In this document: positions 18,201 through 20,000 of the stretch, in pieces
Layout of the letters: each line of letters opens with the position of its first letter
Position numbering within the stretch: position 1 is the first letter of the stretch
DNA from: an uncultured virus (IMG/VR IMGVR_UViG_3300049259_000219)
Taxonomy: Duplodnaviria > Heunggongvirae > Uroviricota > Caudoviricetes
Length of the DNA: 20,000 bases
Strand: one strand, 5' to 3'
IMG/VR virus record: IMGVR_UViG_3300049259_000219
Program-made: the position numbers and the translations under genes
Notes under the pieces: model-generated
Told to the model about the DNA's origin: nothing
Seen by the model: only the letters and a program-made list of their open reading frames with translations
Databases searched by the model: none

Positions 18201-18857
18201 ACCGCCTACGCGTCCTTCTACACCCTCGCCGATATGCTCGGCATGGGGAAGTCGGTGACCGTGCCCGAGAACGCCGATTCCGACGAAGATCCGGACCGGA
18301 CGAACACCCAAGCGGCCCGCTTCCGCATTGCCGAGTTTCAGTCCTACCTTTTCAAGCACGGCGAACAAGCCCTTGCCGATGTTATCGAGGAGACGTTTAT
18401 CAATTCCTTTTGGCGCGACATTATTTCCGGTATCCAACTCGCTAAGATTTCCCGCAAACTTCTGGTTACGCGTTACGTGAAAGTATTACCGGATGGTCGC
18501 CTGACCGAAGTCAACGCAAACGAAGACGGCGCTATCCACGTGGTCTATGTTGCGTCCGAGTCTGTATTCGCCAGCTACCAGGCTTATAAGGCCGGCCGCC
18601 GCGAAGACGCACAACAACAGCTATCCGATATTCGGCGCGAAATGGAGAAGGAGCCCTATTGGATTCCAGCACCGAAGAGCAAGGACGCGCGCGTCCATCG
18701 TATTTCGATCATTGGCCACAAGACGAGCTGCTGGGTCATCACGCTGGAGAAGGAGCCTCCAGTGAACGGCAGGCCAGGCCGCTACCTCTTCCCCTTCGCC
18801 GAGGATATCATCGACTCGCTGACCGAGGAAGCCCACGAGGTCGAGGAACCGACCTAG
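15204..18857 (+). CDS. Primase-helicase (Zn finger + TOPRIM + P-loop helicase, 1217 aa)
   Basis: CPFCG...FFKCHEPDC Zn ribbon; TOPRIM LTEGEFKAAAL...CPGI...VIFDNE...KADCD; Walker A GKMSSGKTT, Walker B VWMDEY, motif C-like VISGE, arginine-finger-like ATRSR. Confidence 0.88.
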   Translation: MSTGSTDPEIWNTARQRLPLPLLLTKLGDGSHTKKGADCPFCGTGKGKWAIFEKGGKHFFKCHEPDCVANENEVGHNEIAYIQLRRGMEAKEAAKEYLRLAVPDLVPELFDRPPERKARKARLGLGEEDDDEIPGIAPAAPPPPPPPRDGEARNVWHALWKKLPLTVDDRAKLRVARGLSDDTINRLGFRSNNGSNFHHLQALADDFSLDELIAEGIYKDEGSRGAKASGQFQGWGITDQKDKTGKAIFEQTEPILIPYLDADGVPFYMRPHKGGVKKPKDELEELDLDEDAPESCASHVYCPYLLVELILFNDGLCVLTEGEFKAAALWQCGIAAIACPGIQFVRNQAFRAELVEILRTFGVTDLVVIFDNEVKDDPAFPKRYKADPWKRWDTPMWAEYTAIDLKDYFASRGTCRIGWLPDQYRVEGKADCDGILAQMVHKYGMDEGTRQARRIFLQTIESSSEKPTIDLFPSESRRIIECKLSRLYYKPLVQLGGNKEMTLARRFAEHDENGRIVDKPMADLFRSLRGCYYKRAKPKEKHLDSLHEEKVALQKTIEELKEAGKSATPQWERARRQKLRIAHAKLAVVWENLKGIPEPLSNFTLACEYKLHTTLGDVHRLVNVRDSKERTKRDAAMRRLAPSDLARLADFRKWCYSTGEAVWTGGDKELQHLVQDMDHHSFLRDIHEITTYGFHPASKLWFFGDVAFGPDGRPILPDASNIFWYDGIGYQIDQSIHERGESFVQGSPLLLQPQGTVPPLENPDVPAMFRQLSEDLFNTVGGYDGWLIMGMIAAYAIAPELIRAGGHPGLWLFGKMSSGKTTVARWAMRVWGFKELGGIRIGESTTSTAMNRFLAQYNSLPVWMDEYRRLSVDAQREEVLRGAFDRSSAAKGVADHSNKTRNATILTMPVISGESSSGDAATRSRYGHVNVSAHKRIGDGHARYVRVQNEQLHFYHIGYWLMSNRKAFAEKTIALLESWMADPTVKAAIINERVRFVHGTAYASFYTLADMLGMGKSVTVPENADSDEDPDRTNTQAARFRIAEFQSYLFKHGEQALADVIEETFINSFWRDIISGIQLAKISRKLLVTRYVKVLPDGRLTEVNANEDGAIHVVYVASESVFASYQAYKAGRREDAQQQLSDIRREMEKEPYWIPAPKSKDARVHRISIIGHKTSCWVITLEKEPPVNGRPGRYLFPFAEDIIDSLTEEAHEVEEPT

Positions 18858-18888
18858 CGGCTGCGAAAAGAGACGCCCGCCCTCCCCC

Positions 18889-18916
18889 TGACCCCTTCCG
18901 AAAGGGGTCATGTTTT
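18889..18916 (+). terminator. Intrinsic terminator after the primase
   Basis: TGACCCCTT-CCGA-AAGGGGTCA perfect 9-bp stem followed by TGTTTT. Confidence 0.75.
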
Positions 18917-18987
18917 CGATTGCTGAGTGTGCTGGCAGACGGTCGCGTTGCTTGCAAGCGCCCGAGTGGCAGGCGGCGCATATTTCA

Positions 18988-19063
18988 ACACGTGGAAACT
19001 TTGTACGATTCCGGTCAGCAGCGACCGCCCGAGCGGGGAACCGGCAAGAAAGTTTCCACGTGT
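18988..19063. repeat. Perfect 15-bp inverted repeat, 46-bp spacer
   Basis: ACACGTGGAAACTTT (18988-19002) / AAAGTTTCCACGTGT (19049-19063). Confidence 0.85.
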
Positions 19064-19082
19064 ATTGGAGCATCCGAGCCAA

Positions 19083-19376
19083 GGACACCAAACCGGGTGT
19101 CCGAGGCCACCAGTGGTGTCTTTGCAAGTAGCTGAGCGCGAGCAGGATCGGACGCAAGGACACCAGGACACCAGATTTCAGGTACAGCCGCCTAGTGAAG
19201 CGCGCGACACGACCGATGATCGAGCGCCCCAGTGGCGACCTTCCGAATTTTTTGCGTAAGAGATATGAAAATCTGGTGACTTGGTGTCCTTCCTCTTCTT
19301 TTGAGAGATAACTATCTCTCTTTCAAAGGAATAGAACGGACACCACCACGGCCACCAGGCGGCCACCACGGTGTCC
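19083..19376. repeat. Iteron-like GGMCACCA cluster around an AT-rich tract; putative replication origin
   Basis: GGACACCA at 19083, 19158, 19166, 19338; GGCCACCA at 19105, 19350, 19361; inverted copies at 19096, 19114, 19282, 19370; AT-rich stretch about 19245-19335. Confidence 0.65.
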
Positions 19377-19616
19377 GAGCTTGCCGCCCGCCCGATCTCG
19401 CAAAAGTTACTTTCCGAAAAGTCCCGTGCCCCCAAGATCGAGGCCCAGGTCGTGCATCCGGCGCGGTCCCATGCCCCCGAGGATTTCGGCCGGCGTCACG
19501 ATCCACAACCGCAGGCCGCCGGCGTGTTCGACGTGGATCTCGGCGCGAGCGAGCTGGTATTCTGGCGATCTCTCACGCGCAGACGGCTCCAGTACCCGAA
19601 AGCCGATTCGATTTCT

Positions 19617-19635
19617 AGGAACGCGTACCGCAAAA
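19617..19635 (+). repeat. Junction motif copy 6 (opposite orientation)
   Basis: AGGAACGCGTACCGCAAAA, the reverse complement of TTTTGCGGTACGCGTTCCT. Confidence 0.88.
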
Positions 19636-19847
19636 CCCATCCCCCCACTGTAAACCGGCTAAAGGTTGTTTCCATCGGCGCGCCTCGGGGGTTGTAGTGT
19701 TCCACGTAGGGGAATCCTCGGGAGACCGCGCGTTCTACAGAGTAAAAAACGCGCGCGCGCAATCGGTAGCTGTGTTCGGGCGCTCGTGTGCGATTATCTA
19801 AGTGCGGGGCGGGCGCGGCATTCCGCTGCTGCCACCCTGCTAGTAGA

Positions 19848-19892
19848 ACACACACACAGCACACACCATGAGCACACACACACAGCACACAC
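19848..19892. repeat. Duplicated (CA)n-rich unit
   Basis: ACACACACACAGCACACAC at 19848-19866 and 19874-19892. Confidence 0.85.
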
Positions 19893-20000
19893 TCGCATCG
19901 CAATCCTCGCCTCTATTGGTAGGGGCAGGGGGAGCGGTCGCACCCTTGGCCCTCCCTGCGCGGTCGGCTTGGCATTCGGGCCGGACGGCGGCGGCAAAGC

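Larger units (their letters stand above)
1..20000. mobile_element. Tailed bacteriophage/prophage genome segment
   Basis: Terminase large subunit, SSB, primase-helicase, HTH regulators, large beta-rich putative virion proteins and many translationally coupled small ORFs. No host housekeeping operons, integrase or att site seen. Confidence 0.9.

Noticed and set aside
15023..18445. Alternative-frame and antisense ORFs inside the primase gene
   Set aside because: Arg/Pro-rich frame artefacts overlapping a motif-supported gene.
18457..18482. Possible seventh junction motif (GGTTACGCGTTACGTGAAA)
   Set aside because: Breaks the invariant core and lies mid-gene; could be chance.
2842..19635. Junction motif as a CRISPR array or classical integron attC
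   Set aside because: Spacing is 0.8-5.4 kb, no cas or intI gene is present, and it is too short and lacks the RYYYAAC/GTTRRRY ends of attC.
18621..19997. Short ORFs in the right-hand region
   Set aside because: They overlap the terminator, iterons and microsatellites and have implausible composition; treated as non-coding.

Overview
GC-rich tailed-phage or prophage DNA. The SSB style suggests a PVC-group (Verrucomicrobia/Planctomycetes-like) host, which is an inference. A tightly packed leftward gene run (about 14.87 kb down to 1) holds putative virion proteins, a C39-like cysteine peptidase, a replication-initiator-like protein, an XRE-like HTH, a 405-aa helical protein, many small Zn-finger or hypothetical ORFs, ssb and a terminase large subunit. 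The terminase is cut by the window edge and was missed by the ORF track. A divergent rightward pair encodes a small HTH and a 1217-aa Zn-finger/TOPRIM/helicase primase, followed by a terminator and about 1.1 kb of repeat-rich non-coding DNA that looks like an origin. The most striking unexplained signal is a 19-24 bp quasi-palindrome (invariant core TTRCGGTACGCGT on the + strand) present six times: five at gene junctions in transcription orientation and one inverted in the non-coding region. parS-like sites are also present. No database searches were run; all calls come from reading motifs.
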